Origin: Octopus bimaculoides
Lineage: Eukaryota
Reading direction: 5' to 3'
Length of the DNA: 64,000 nt
Assembly: GCF_001194135.2 (NCBI RefSeq)
Contig: NC_068982.1
Location: 128,012,837-128,076,836 of the forward strand
The position numbers were made by a program, and so were the translations under genes. Numbering within the stretch: position 1 is the stretch's first letter; every line of letters begins with the position of its first letter. Positions 28,002 to 40,599 of this stretch are shown here, in pieces. The notes beneath the pieces were generated by a model. That model saw only the letters and a list, made by a program, of their open reading frames with translations. It did not search any database and was not told the DNA's origin.

Positions 28002-28709
28002 ATGTGTGTGTTCTCTTTCTCTTTTAATTTGTGTGTGTATGTCTCCTCTGTTTTCAATCATTTAAATTCTTCCTTTGAAGAAGGAGTTGGTTTCTTACAA
28101 AGATACATTCTTACAAAGATACATTCCTTGGAATGTAAATAATAAAAACAGTGTCATATTTTAAACCTAAGAAAAGTCTTGCTTAGTTTTATTGTTCCAC
28201 ATACAGATTGTATTATGTATTTCTGTCTGTGTATGCACATGTCTGTCTGTCCGTCCATCAGTATATTCACTGTTCTGATATATTTTTCCAGTTTCTCACC
28301 TAAGGTGAAAGAACTGGCTTTGAAACAGAAAATCAAACTCATTACAGTTTAAAATACATGAACTTGCATGTGTGTGTGTGTGTGTGTATGTGTGTGTGTG
28401 TGTGCATGTTTTGGAGGTATGTATATGTATGACTGTAGGTATGCATGCAAGCATACATGTGAATACATATGCCCCATTTGTTTGTAGGTCTATGTTTTGA
28501 CTTCTGAGACAGAAGTCTACATGTGCATATGAATTTATCACATGCTAAACTACTGTATGTGTATATGTGAGTGTGTGTGTATGTATATATATATATATAT
28601 ATGTATATATATTGTTATTATTGTTATTACTATTATTATTATGGTGGTGAGCTGGCAGAATCATTAGCATGCCGGTCGAAATGCTTAGCGTTATTTCGTC
28701 TGTGTAGGT

Positions 28710-29140
28710 AAGAAGTTATGATATGAGATTTGCATGCCAGCCACAGTCAAAGGCTTTGCTAATGTGTAGAGTAACAACATTGCCTTCACCAAATTATTCC
28801 TAAAGTGAGATCCCACTGGTGGATGACATAGCAGAATTGGTCTTCAATGGTTCTGACTTTGTGAAAGCCATACTGATGGTCACTGAAGAGAGAAAAGAGT
28901 TCACAGTGATAAAAAAATGTCATTGTTAATAGCTGTTGCCATTACTTGAGAAGTGTTAGAAGTGAGTAAAGTAGGACAATATGTGACAGAGTTTGAAGGG
29001 TTGCCTTTCTTTGGAATGGGCCATACTGGAGCATGCTTCCTAATGCTAGAGTGTGTCCCCGTAGACAGTGAGAGATTAAACAGTTAGTAACATTATGTTC
29101 TTTAAAATATTTCAGAATGTCAAACATTCCTTTCATATCT
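28710..29140 (-). mobile_element. CR1/Jockey-like LINE RT fragment (pseudogenised)
   Basis: Minus strand with frameshifts: WKHAPVWPIPKKGNPSNS, SDHQYGF, ISKAFDC. Confidence 0.7.
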
Positions 29141-30251
29141 AAAAGGAAAGAATGTTTTACTTTTATTGATCGTGTTTTTCTATTCCTTATACAATATTTT
29201 CCATGTAAAATAGCAGAGGAAGAATGTTTATCAGTTATTAAGTGAGAACAAATTAACTCTTCAAATTCCTAATTTCATTGGCAAAACTGCCAGTTCAGCT
29301 GAGCTCTTTGTAAATGATACAAAGTATGATAAGTTAATCTTTTACAATGACAGTTTATTTCTTCTTAACAAAAGGAAAATTAGCTTCCATTGCAACTTGT
29401 TTTATGTGAGTTAAGAATATCTTTCATCTATTACAGAATAATGCATAAGCAAAGTAGAGACATTCTTATTTCCAATAAGTTCAAGTGAAATGTAGATTAG
29501 GTTTCAGATATCACACATGCTAGATATCATATACAGGTTAGATATTAAATAAATACTAATATTAGTGTCAAGTTTCAGGTTGTAAGGAAATGGGAAGATC
29601 AATGGGTCAAAACATCTCATTTCTGAGTAAAATAGAAATTGATTCAATGAGTATGATGTAAATGTTTAAAAGTAAACATACAGAGATATGTTGTTGTTTT
29701 TTTTTTTACCCCAGAAATCTATGAAACAAAACTTGTTTACTATGTCTCTGCATATAGCATTTTCTTAATTTGATATAGAGTAAGAGATTATATATTTGAT
29801 CAGTCATTTTATTTTACTAAAATTTACTTGAACACCATGGTGAGATGAATCCTAACGCTAACCATTACAAGTTTTGAACTCAGACCTAAGGGAACTAATA
29901 CTGTTAACTGTAATCGTTTTCCATAGCTTCACTATGTTCACACTGAATGTTTATTAAAAGTAGTTATCACAGTTATGACAAAACTTATTAATTCTCACGA
30001 TATATTTTTAAAACTTGACAATTCTTTTTAATGTAATTCCTGTAAATCTGCAGAGATTTAATTAACAAATTGAAAATAACTTCTGGTCACTTTCTCAGGT
30101 GCCAAAAGATTCTAATTTCACCTAAAGTTATTGTGAAACGTGAAGATATACCACTTAATGTCAGGTATGAAGCCAGCGTCTATTAAGGGATATCATAAAA
30201 GGCATATAACACAATATTAAAATTCTTGATTTATTTACACACATGCATACA

Positions 30252-30287
<36 letters not shown>

Positions 30288-31434
30288 TATATATTTTTTC
30301 TTATATTTCCTTCTCAAACTGGCCAGAAAGCAAAATTGTCAAATTGTAATCTCAGCATTTTGATGATTGATTTCATTTTATTAACTGCAGAATTTTACTG
30401 TTAATAAAATTTTTGCTTTTTAAAAATACATGAAATAGTAAAGATATTGGGAGATTATGTAAAAAGAAATATGATTTATATTAAAGAATGTATTTATCAA
30501 TTTTCATTTAATATTTACTTTTACTGTTATCTTTATGTAAAAATCAATATATTTTTTTAAAAGAGAAAATAACACTGTTCATATAGTTTCCTGTTATTCT
30601 GAATGTATTTACTTTTTTTATATATTATATCTTATAAAAAATCTAGTATTTAATTATTTGTATGGATATTCCTAAGATATTAACTCACTGCAGTTGATGG
30701 GATTTTTTATTGATTTTTGAATATTTATTAATGCTGTTGGTATCAGGGATAACAAAATTATGTAACACATCTTACCATAAAGGAATTAATATTTCTGTAT
30801 CAAAATATATATTTAGCTTTGCTTTAAAATTATTTTTGTCCTAAAACCATACTGGAGAGAGGGCATCCATATTTGATAACTAATTTTAATCTAACTGCAG
30901 CTTAACATGTCTGGTGAAGTTAATGACACATGCTTGCTGGTCACATCGTAAAAGTTTGTAAATTTATCAAGTGTATACTTTTCAATCATTAACTCTAAGT
31001 ATATATACATATATATTTGTCATCTACTGAGGGAAGATGCAAAGTTATAATTGCACCTTAACTGAGTGAGACCTATCCAATATTCCCTCAAAGTTGTGCA
31101 TGTGCATGATCACACAGTCACTAAATTAGTATCATGCAACATCAAAATATTGCTGTATATTTTAATTTATGACCTTGTTTTGATAAACTGTGTGAAAGTT
31201 TGAATGCTATACACCAGTTTTGAATTTAGAATATTTTTGCTCAAAGCACCAAAAGTTCTGCTTAGTTGTTCAGAAAAATTTGAGGTAACATTGGACCCAT
31301 TTATAACAAAATTGTATTTGTTCAGTTGTCAGACCCCTATACATTCTTAAGAGTATCCAAATTATTTTAGACTAAGACTTAATATATCAATATTTAAAGA
31401 GTTATAGGCTTGTATTATTTGGAGTAACTGTCAG

Positions 31435-31620
31435 TGGACAAAATGCATAGTGGTATTTCTTGCGGCTCTTTACATTCTGAGTTCAAATCCCACTGAGGTC
31501 AACTTTGCCTTTCATCCCCTGGAGATAGATAAAGTTATCAGTCAAGTACTGTAATCAATGTAAAAGACTTACCTCTCTCCTCAAAATTGCTAGCTTTGTG
31601 CCAAAAATTATAAAGAATTA
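31435..31620 (+). mobile_element. SINE-B, degenerate
   Basis: ttctgagttcaaatccc...gtcaactttgcctttcatcc. Confidence 0.7.
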
Positions 31621-31799
31621 TTTGGGGAAGAATACAAAAATACTATTTTATTGTTTTCAGCTAGTTGGCAGTGACCATACTGAGCCATGTAAATAAAATT
31701 TATTGGCACTTTCTTTACTTTCTCAATGAAAATAAAATCATTTCACAAAAAAAAAAAAAAAACAGGTGCCTGTATATTATTAAAATATATTATACAGAT

Positions 31800-31958
31800 G
31801 CAGGAGTGCTGTGTGGTAAGTAGCTTGCTTACCAACCACATGGTCCCGGGTTCAGTCCCACTGCGTGACACCTTGGGCAAGTGTCTTTTACTATAGCCTC
31901 GGGCCAACCAAAGCCTTGTAAGTGGATTTGGTAGACAGAAACTGGAAGAAGCCCGTCG

Positions 31959-31997
<39 letters not shown>

Positions 31998-32225
31998 GTA
32001 TATATGTATGTGTGTGTATATATTTGTGTGTCTCTTTGTTCCCCCAGCATCGCTTGACAACCAATGCTGGTGTGTTTACATCCCCTGTAACTTAGCGGTT
32101 CGGCAAAAGGGACTGATAGAATAATTACTAGGCTTACAAAGAATAAGCTCTGAGGTTGATTTGCTCGACTATAAAGGCGGTGCTCCAGCATGGCCACAGT
32201 CAAATGACTGAAACAAGTAAAAGAG
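31800..32225 (+). mobile_element. SINE-A full length
   Basis: gcaggagtgctgtgtggtaag head, gggttcagtcccactgc B-box, ccttgggcaagt core, (TA)n(TG)n, gactgaaacaagtaaaagag tail. Confidence 0.9.
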
Positions 32226-32591
32226 TATGCAATATAGTGGACATAGTGAATAACTTCTTTTGTAGCAATTTCCGCATTTAATATGTGCATTTAAGGCACA
32301 TATCTCACTGCTATGCAACATTGCCGATCCAAACATAAGGCAAAAGAGCTTTGTTGCCAATAGCAATAGTAGCTCTATGATCTTTCCCAACCTGTTTATA
32401 CTTTCAGAACAATTGACACTCTGCTAATTACATCTCTTAGGTAATAAAAGCTATCAATTACTTCTAGTGAGCCATCAAGGTATTTAAGAGAACTTCGTTA
32501 AGAAAATAGGAGATACAATTTTAAAATTTAAAAGCTGAAATATTTTTTAACAAACTAATTCATCCTCTTTTCATTTTCTTTGCAATTCCAG

Positions 32592-32648
32592 AAACTGAAT
32601 ACTGCTTTGCATTACGCATCTTCATCAGGTCTGAAAAATTGTGTCGAG
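32592..32648 (+). CDS. ANKIB1: ANKIB1 internal coding exon, 57 nt, phase 0/0
   Basis: ttccag|AAA acceptor, GAG|gtaagg donor. KLNTALHYASSSGLKNCVE matches human KKNTPLHYAAASGMKACVE and is in frame with the previous exon. Confidence 0.93.
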
Positions 32649-34120
32649 GTAAGGTTTTAATTTAAAATTTTCTTTGGACTATCTCATTTACATCCTTTTG
32701 CATCTGACAGCCTGAGTTGGCCAAATTTCATGGTCTAAGTCATTTCTTATTTAGAGTTACTGACCTCCTTGACATAGTTGTGGGGCTACATCTTGCTTCT
32801 ATGTGTTATTTTGATACTGTTTTTTCAATGGCTGAATGAATTAACACCAACCATTTACAGAGTTTTCTAGGTGCATTTCATTGTGACACCAGGGGTACTA
32901 GTACTAAAGATGTCATTTCTATCTTCTACATTATCTCCATTCATTTATCATTGTCATCGTCACCGTCATCATCGTTTAATGTCCATATCCCATGCTGCAT
33001 GGTTCAGATGGTTTGACAGGATACATTGGGTCCAAGGACTGCATTGTGATCCAGTGTCTGCTTTGGCATGGTTTGTATGGCTGGATACCTTTTCTAATGT
33101 CAACCACTTCACAGGGTGTACTGGGTACTCTTTTCATTGTACCAGTACTAATGACGTCACCATACAGCTTACAAGCCTAAGATTCCCTTTGACTGAGTGG
33201 AGATACAATAGAAAGGGAGATGACTTTATGCCAGGAGATGAAGGAATAAAGGATGAGAGAAGGAACTAGAACAGGACTGGTTTCTTGCTATAGAGGAGCT
33301 ACACGGCTACTCACATTATAGAAGAGAAGGTGGAACATGCCAAGGTGGAGCTGAAAAGGAATAAAAATTGTAGAGTAAGGTGTCAGGGTGAACCCTGAAG
33401 ATACAAGATCAGTAGAAGTGAGTGTGGGTAGGTAGGGATTGCGAGAGTATGAGAGAATGAAAAACAGTTAGTATTGGGGAAGGGGTGAATGTTAAGGAAG
33501 AACAAGTGTTGAGGGATAATAAGTAGAGAAGGTGGAGAAAAGTAGGTGACAACTGTAGAAATTGAATAGGGTTGAGGGCTGGATGTAGTGAATGGTAGAT
33601 AAGGTTTCTCTGCATGTGTGTATGATTAAATTGAATTAAACACTGAAGTTAATTACTCAGGATTATTATTCACATGAAGACCATCAGTTAAATAGAGATG
33701 AAAATATTAGCAACTGATTGCAATACTTCTTTTGAAATGCAGTGAGGAGAGATCATTGTCTTAGTGACCATTATTGTGTTAATCCTTTTGGTAAAGTTGT
33801 GGGCGTAAATTGTAGATATGTTTTGATATTATTAGACCTCATTAGTTAACTTAGTGGTAATATATTTAATGAAGTGAACATTCAAAGTCTAATTAGAAAT
33901 AATTAAGTTAGTGAAGAGGAGACAGCATTATCTTAATTACGAATATTATTTGGATCATTTTGGCAAATGTGGATGATAATTCCAGATCTGTTTTGGTCTT
34001 GTTTAATCTAATCAGCAAACCGGACTTGCCAACGTGGTAATTGGAGAATTGCTAAATAGGTATGAGCATGCATGTGTATAAATATGTACATGCTTATGTA
34101 TATTCATATACATGTGTGTA

Positions 34121-34376
34121 CAGAGCTAACCCTAACCCTAAGTCCGTTAATCGTTAATATTTTCATTAACAATTTAACTTCAAGTCAACTTTGAAAATCA
34201 TTAATGGACTAATTAACTTCTGTTACATTTAGCTTCCGTTAACTCAAGTCCGTTAACCCAAAAATTTCATAAAAACCAGTTTACGTTAATGGATTAACAA
34301 TTAATGAAGTTAACTTTTTGGTTAATGGATTAACGATTAATGAAGTTAACTTTTTGATTAACGGTGCCCACTTCTG
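34121..34376. mobile_element. hAT-like MITE remnant with 36-nt tandem duplication
   Basis: Right end cggtgcccacttctg; many cgttaa/gttaat subterminal motifs; duplication 34285-34320/34321-34356; flanks tgtgtgta/tgtatata. Confidence 0.45.
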
Positions 34377-35096
34377 TGTATATATTTTTGAGACTGAAAG
34401 TAGAGTATCAGAATTTATTAAGCTAAAAGTCCAAAACTTTATTACCCTGTGTTTCATGTCTCCAGTTGAACAATGAAACTGGTAATCATTAAAAGGAGTA
34501 TTTAGAAAGCGAAAACAAAAGTAAAATGAAAATGAAAACTTATGTTTTGGCTGCATGTGTAAAAAGACATTTATATAGGCAGATAGATAGAAATATTTGA
34601 TTGTTTGTGTCTAAACAAGACACAGAAAGAAAACAATGAAATATTGTCTGCATATATGTAAATTAATAAACAAGTAAACAAAAATGAATAGCAGTGAAAT
34701 TCAATGCTGTTAACGGCAGCTCAGGTCATTCTCAGAATGTCAATCAGCTCAAATCCTGCAACATCGGTAAAAAAAGCTACAGAAAGCTTAGCAAAAATGG
34801 TGATTCTGAAATGCATTTGAAATTTGAATTTTCATTCATAAAATCCTGTAAGGTGATCAAAGTCAGCTTGCAACATGGCACCGATGGAATATGTAAATGG
34901 AAAACAAAAGATAAAATTGGAAACAGTCAGAAATTTCTTCATCTTCTGCATATTTCTTTGGAAGATGTGCTTTTTCAAAACTATCTAACAACCTTTTTGA
35001 TTTATGTAAACATATACTGAGGATGTTGATACGAGGGTTCAAGATGTTCTTGTTCTGTTGTAATATATACAATAGGCATACTGGGGTGTAGGAGTC

Positions 35097-35511
35097 ATCA
35101 TCATTATCATCATCATCGTTTAACGTCCACTTTCTGTGCTAGCATGGGTTGGACAATTTGACTAAGGACTGGCGAACCAGATGGCTGTACCAGGTTCCAA
35201 TCTGATCTGACAGAGTTTCTACAGCTGGATGCCCTTCCTAATGCCAACCACTCCGAGAGTGTAACAGGTGCTTTTACGTGCCACCAGCACGAGGGCCAGT
35301 CCAGCGGTACTGGCAACGGCCACTTTCAAATGATGTCTTTTACGTGCCACCCGCAATTTCGATTTCATTTGCCCCGACAGGTCTTCGCAAGCGGAGTTTA
35401 GTGTCTAATGAAGGAAGGTTGGCATGGGTGCCAGTCGTCGAATTTGGTTCGATTTCGAATTCGATTTCAATATCACTTGCCTCGACAGGTCTCCGCAAGC
35501 AGGGTTTTGTG

Positions 35512-35512
<1 letters not shown>
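35097..35512 (-). mobile_element. RTE 3' UTR/tail copy, followed by (TA)n(CA)n at about 35514-35610
   Basis: catcatcgtttaacgtcc...gcatgggttggac terminus. Confidence 0.8.
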
Positions 35513-35610
<98 letters not shown>

Positions 35611-36029
35611 CACACATGTACATATATATAAATATATTAGAACACATAGGTATGTATTTATTTATATAGTTATGTATATGTATGCACACACACATACATT
35701 CGTATATCAGTATTCATATGTATGATGACAATGAGCAAGCCACAACTTCAGTCACTGTCAACCTTTTCTTTGTAAAAGTTAAGAAATATATCCTTGACTA
35801 AAAATATTCAGTTATCCTTCAGTTTAATGTTAAATTTTTTTTATGTATAACTTGACATGCATATTAAATGATGAGGAGGATGATGATACACACACATATA
35901 TGTAGTTGTCTAAGAATCTGTAAGTCAAAAAAATATAGGCACTCATATATTTATCAATAGAATGGGTATAGTAATCAAAGTGTGCAGTGTTATATATCCA
36001 TTACAACTGATCTTACCAATTGGCTCCAC

Positions 36030-36450
36030 ACCTGAGACAGAAGAAGAATGTTTGTGTAGAGGTAAGGCCACATGTCCTCTTTCTGGCTACAGTAATATTG
36101 AAAGAGTTGTACATGAGACAGGTAACGTCAGAGGGCCCAAAATAGGATAACCAAATGTGTGGATGTATTTGGAAGCAACAGAAAGCCTCTTTAGAACCAG
36201 ATTCGATAACTACACTTCTTCAATATCATGGAGAGATAAACTGTCACAACCCTGGCCAGGCACTTATGGCTGTTCAAAGAAAGCATCACAGAGTACAACA
36301 TAAAGTGGAAAATCTCAAAGATGTACAAAGCATAAAGTACTAGTTATGTTTAACCTAGGAAAAAACTATATCATAAAATTCTCTGCACCCAGACATCTAC
36401 CTAAACTGCAGAAGATTTTTAACCCATGCCCACATGAATGAAGGTCAATG
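36030..36450 (+). mobile_element. Penelope-like element GIY-YIG endonuclease relic
   Basis: Frameshifted ECLCRGKATCPLSG...VVHE, LEATESLFRTRFDNYTSS, RHLWLFKE...YNIKWKI resemble the PLE pattern CNCR..CPL.G.CL..VVY / YIG.TE..FK.R..NH..SF / W.LK....I.W.I. Confidence 0.65.
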
Positions 36451-36687
36451 AAATATATATATATATACATTTATCAAAAGGGGCACACGAGTGCCTACCT
36501 GCTAGAAGTAGGCACCTTTTGATAAATAGAAATTTTAATTCTATAGCTATCTAACACTATTTAACGCTTGCAACCACCTATATTGTTGTTATTATCAATT
36601 ATTTATATTTACTGCAGATAATTATCACAATAATGATATCTATATAAATGTTCACATTTGAATATTTACTCCTTAATATATTTATAT

Positions 36688-36720
<33 letters not shown>

Positions 36721-38859
36721 TTAGCATCTGTTGTCCATGCTGGCATGCGTTGGACAGTTTGACCATGGCTGGTAAGCTGAGGAGCTACACCAGACTTCAG
36801 TCTAATGTGGCAGGGCTTCTATGGTTGGATGGCCTTCCTAACACCAATAATTAATGGGTGATTTTACATGCCACCATCATGAGTGCCTGTTGCATAACAA
36901 CAGTATCTGCCACAACTACAATTTCAATATATATATATATATCCACTAGGATTGATCTTTCCAATTGAACCTGTCACGAGTATGCTGGTGGGGATGTAGG
37001 CTGTATCCAGATCATGACTCCTGGATATCTCTTCTGCCACACTTTGTCCAACCCACACCTTCAATGATTCAGTTCCTCAAAGCCAAGTCATCTTGGATCA
37101 TGTAACCACTTTGGTACAAGACATCAATTGTAGAGAGGATAAGTTATGCTTTCCAAAGTTCACTATTGTTCCTTCTTGATTAGATCCAGGCAGAAAGTTT
37201 TTCGGTTGCTTTTAATATTACTTTTAGGGCTCTGGTCCTCCCTTTCCTCGAATTTGAGAGCTGTTTCATGAAATCACAGGCAAATTTTCCCACAGCTGCT
37301 CCCTTGCTTTTGCCTCTATGGTAAATAACTTTGGCTTGAAAGCCAGATTCTCTTATGTTGTTGATTAAACTTGTGTGCTTCTAAGTACACAAGTGTCATG
37401 TGAATAAGAATGGACGAAACTTAAATTGTTAGGTTTCATCCCTTCTTCTTCACATAACACTTTGAGTTTAATCAGAATCACTTGTTTAATGAAAGTGAGT
37501 GGAGTACATTATCCAACTTCATACCACTCTTGTTAATGATTTGTGGGTAATTTTTCCATTCTGGAATGTCTGCCATGCATTCCTAGTCATCTACTCCATC
37601 CACTATCTTCCGATGATTTGTTGCTGGATGTCTTCCTTACAGCTACTTAACTATGAACTAATAGTTATACCCATTATTTGCAGTCAGGAAAACTAAAGTA
37701 ATAAGTTTATGGTTTGTTACAATGTCATTATCACAAGTGTTTGGTTGTTGTTATGAATCTTAGTTTCACTGCCACTATCTCTATTAGTAAAACATTGGCG
37801 TTATTTTCACTAAAAGTAATGTAAATATGTTAGACATTTTCTGAATATGTTATATATGCCAAAAGAAATTGTGGTTTTTACAATTTTTGGCAGTACAGGA
37901 GGTAGTTTAGTACATATCTTCTATCTACAAATATCATAGTAGTTTAAGATTCTAGCTTATTGCTTCGAGGTATATGTAACATAAATATTGATTGAATTTT
38001 CTGAATTGGGTATATTTAATGGTTAGATAGTGAAGATTTCCAACAACAAAATTTAGCAAAATATGTTTACTGATATAACCTTCTTTCTTTTTTTTTTTTT
38101 TTTACTTTGAAGACAACATATACTTATCGCTTTCATCTGGTTTTAAATCATTCTATTAAATGAATAAAGTTATCATGGTTAGTAATATTGATTTTCTTCC
38201 TCATTTGGTTACAAAGATTTTCTTTCAAGTAACTCTTTGTTTTTTTTATTTCTAAGTATTTCTTTCCTTTTTTTTGAAATTGATTTATTAAAGTCATTTT
38301 CAACTCACTTTTGTTTTCATTGTGAAGTTCATTTCTTCACATTTTTAATTGGATACATTTTACTATTATTAGTATTTTAACAGAAAAGATTATCAGTCGT
38401 CTCACTCAAATTTAAGTTTTTACATTTAGTTGTCCAAAATTCCAGGAGCAGGAGGGACATTTGTTAATTCTCTTTCAGGCTTTCATTTAAATGTAGTTTA
38501 GCCACTTGGAATAATAATAGAGTTTTTGTTTTATCTCAAAATTCGGAGAGAAGACATTGCAGACAGTGTCAGCTGTCTCAGGAAATATAAAAAGTGTGTC
38601 TAAAGAAATCAGTTGATGCTTTGCATCATGCAAGCCATGTATGTCAATTGTTTAAACCTACCATAAAATGTCTATTAGTTCTTACTAATGTCCATTCTTC
38701 CAGTTAATCTTTTACATTTTTAAAAAATACTTTCACTCTAATCTGTATCATCAGCTCTTCACCAAAGCAAATTTTGCTCTCAGCTGATAGTTCAATAACT
38801 TTGTCCTGTTGAAGTAATTTGAACATAGCATGTAGTTCCATTCACTCATTTTATATATA

Positions 38860-40224
38860 ATACTAGCAGAAATACCCGGCTTTGCCCGGGTTAAAGAGAA
38901 TAATGAAATCTAAAAACGCCGTCTAGACTACGCATCCTCAACTGTTAGTAGCTACGATACCATATTTCTACATTAATAACTCTCCAATCCATGCCAGCAT
39001 GGAACATAGATATTAAGTGGAATGCCAGTCTCTCATCTGGGAAGGCCTTGAAATCAATGTTACCAACTGGGGACTATGTGTCGCAGTGATAATAAAGGAG
39101 GTCTGCAACAAAATAATTTTACTCAACACTTTACAAGTGAATCAGTGGAGGCAAAGATGCGTCTCATTTACTTGACAATTTATGCACCACATTGNNNNNN
39201 NNNNNNNNNNNNNNNNNNNNNNNNNNNNNNNNNNNNNNNNNNNNNNNNNNNNNNNNNNNNNNNNNNNNNNNNNNNNNNNNNNNNNNNNNNNNNNNNNNNN
39301 NNNNNNNNNNNNNNNNNNNNNNNNNNNNNNNNNNNNNNNNNNNNNNNNNNNNNNNNNNNNNNNNNNNNNNNNNNNNNNNNNNNNNNNNNNNNNNNNNNNN
39401 NNNNNNNNNNNNNNNNNNNNNNNNNNNNNNNNNNNNNNNNNNNNNNNNNNNNNNNNNNNNNNNNNNNNNNNNNNNNNNNNNNNNNNNNNNNNNNNNNNNN
39501 NNNNNNNNNNNNNNNNNNNNNNNNNNNNNNNNNNNNNNNNNNNNNNNNNNNNNNNNNNNNNNNNNNNNNNNNNNNNNNNNNNNNNNNNNNNNNNNNNNNN
39601 NNNNNNNNNNNNNNNNNNNNNNNNNNNNNNNNNNNNNNNNNNNNNNNNNNNNNNNNNNNNNNNNNNNNNNNNNNNNNNNNNNNNNNNNNNNNNNNNNNNN
39701 NNNNNNNNNNNNNNNNNNNNNNNNNNNNNNNNNNNNNNNNNNNNNNNNNNNNNNNNNNNNNNNNNNNNNNNNNNNNNNNNNNNNNNNNNNNNNNNNNNNN
39801 NNNNNNNNNNNNNNNNNNNNNNNNNNNNNNNNNNNNNNNNNNNNNNNNNNNNNNNNNNNNNNNNNNNNNNNNCATTTCTCTCTTTCTCTCTCTCTCTGAA
39901 AGTATCTGTCATTACAGTATCGAAATGTGATTGTTTCAGTTAGTGGAATAGTTTCATTTTTAAAGTGAAAGTATTTGACATGAGTATTTTTGTTTCACTT
40001 TTGACACGTAATACTTAAATAGTGGAGGAGATATTATGTTGCCGTGGGCTCGAACTCTGCAAGAAGTTAAAAAATTTTTTTGACTAAAACACAACTGGAA
40101 CCCTAAGTAAGGCATCTGTAAAATTTGAATGAAATTGGTTGCGTAGTTCTCGAGTTTTAGGGATTCACACACACACACACAGACAGACAGACAGACACAC
40201 ATTCTCATTTTTATATATATAGAT
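38860..40224 (+). mobile_element. Non-autonomous Helitron-like (DINE-1/Lep1-style) element spanning a gap
   Basis: 5' atactagcagaaatacccggctttgcccggg with GC hairpin; 3' (CA)n(CAGA)n then tttttatatatatagat. Confidence 0.5.
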
Positions 40225-40339
40225 TATATCTACATTCAAGTCACAAGAGCATAGAATCTAGTCCTATACTTCCTGGAGAAAGAAAAACATAAATTTGAGT
40301 TGTAGCTATGATGGACATTACTACTGCTACTTTATCTTT

Positions 40340-40561
40340 TACTTGTAATGTTTAATGCATTGAAATGTTGTCATGCTCGGGTACCCCCTTGAAGGATTCG
40401 GCTAAACAAATCAACCTCAGAACTTATTTTTTGAGTCTGGTACTTATTCTATTCGTCCCTTTTGTCAAACTTCTTACTTATAGTGATGTAAACAAACCAA
40501 CACTGATTATCAAGTGATGGTGGAGGGAACCAACATAAAGACATAGATATGCACATACCTA

Positions 40562-40570
<9 letters not shown>
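40340..40570 (-). mobile_element. SINE-A 3' half, degenerate
   Basis: gtacttattctatt...gatgtaaacaaaccaacac. Confidence 0.6.

Positions 40571-40596
<26 letters not shown>

Positions 40597-40599
<3 letters not shown>

Noticed and set aside
13630-28713. AG|GTRAG recursive-splice-like sites at 13642 and 28707
   Set aside because: Both lie in TE relics with poor acceptors; several are expected by chance in 55 kb.
33700-34070. TAAT-rich unique stretch (possible enhancer)
   Set aside because: TAAT is uninformative at this AT content without an alignment.
36960-37720. Possible non-LTR RT remnant
   Set aside because: Too decayed to assign by eye.
39076-39943. Long ORFs here and at 1448-1777, 11372-12013 and 17876-18513
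   Set aside because: Artefacts of N gaps and (TA)n.
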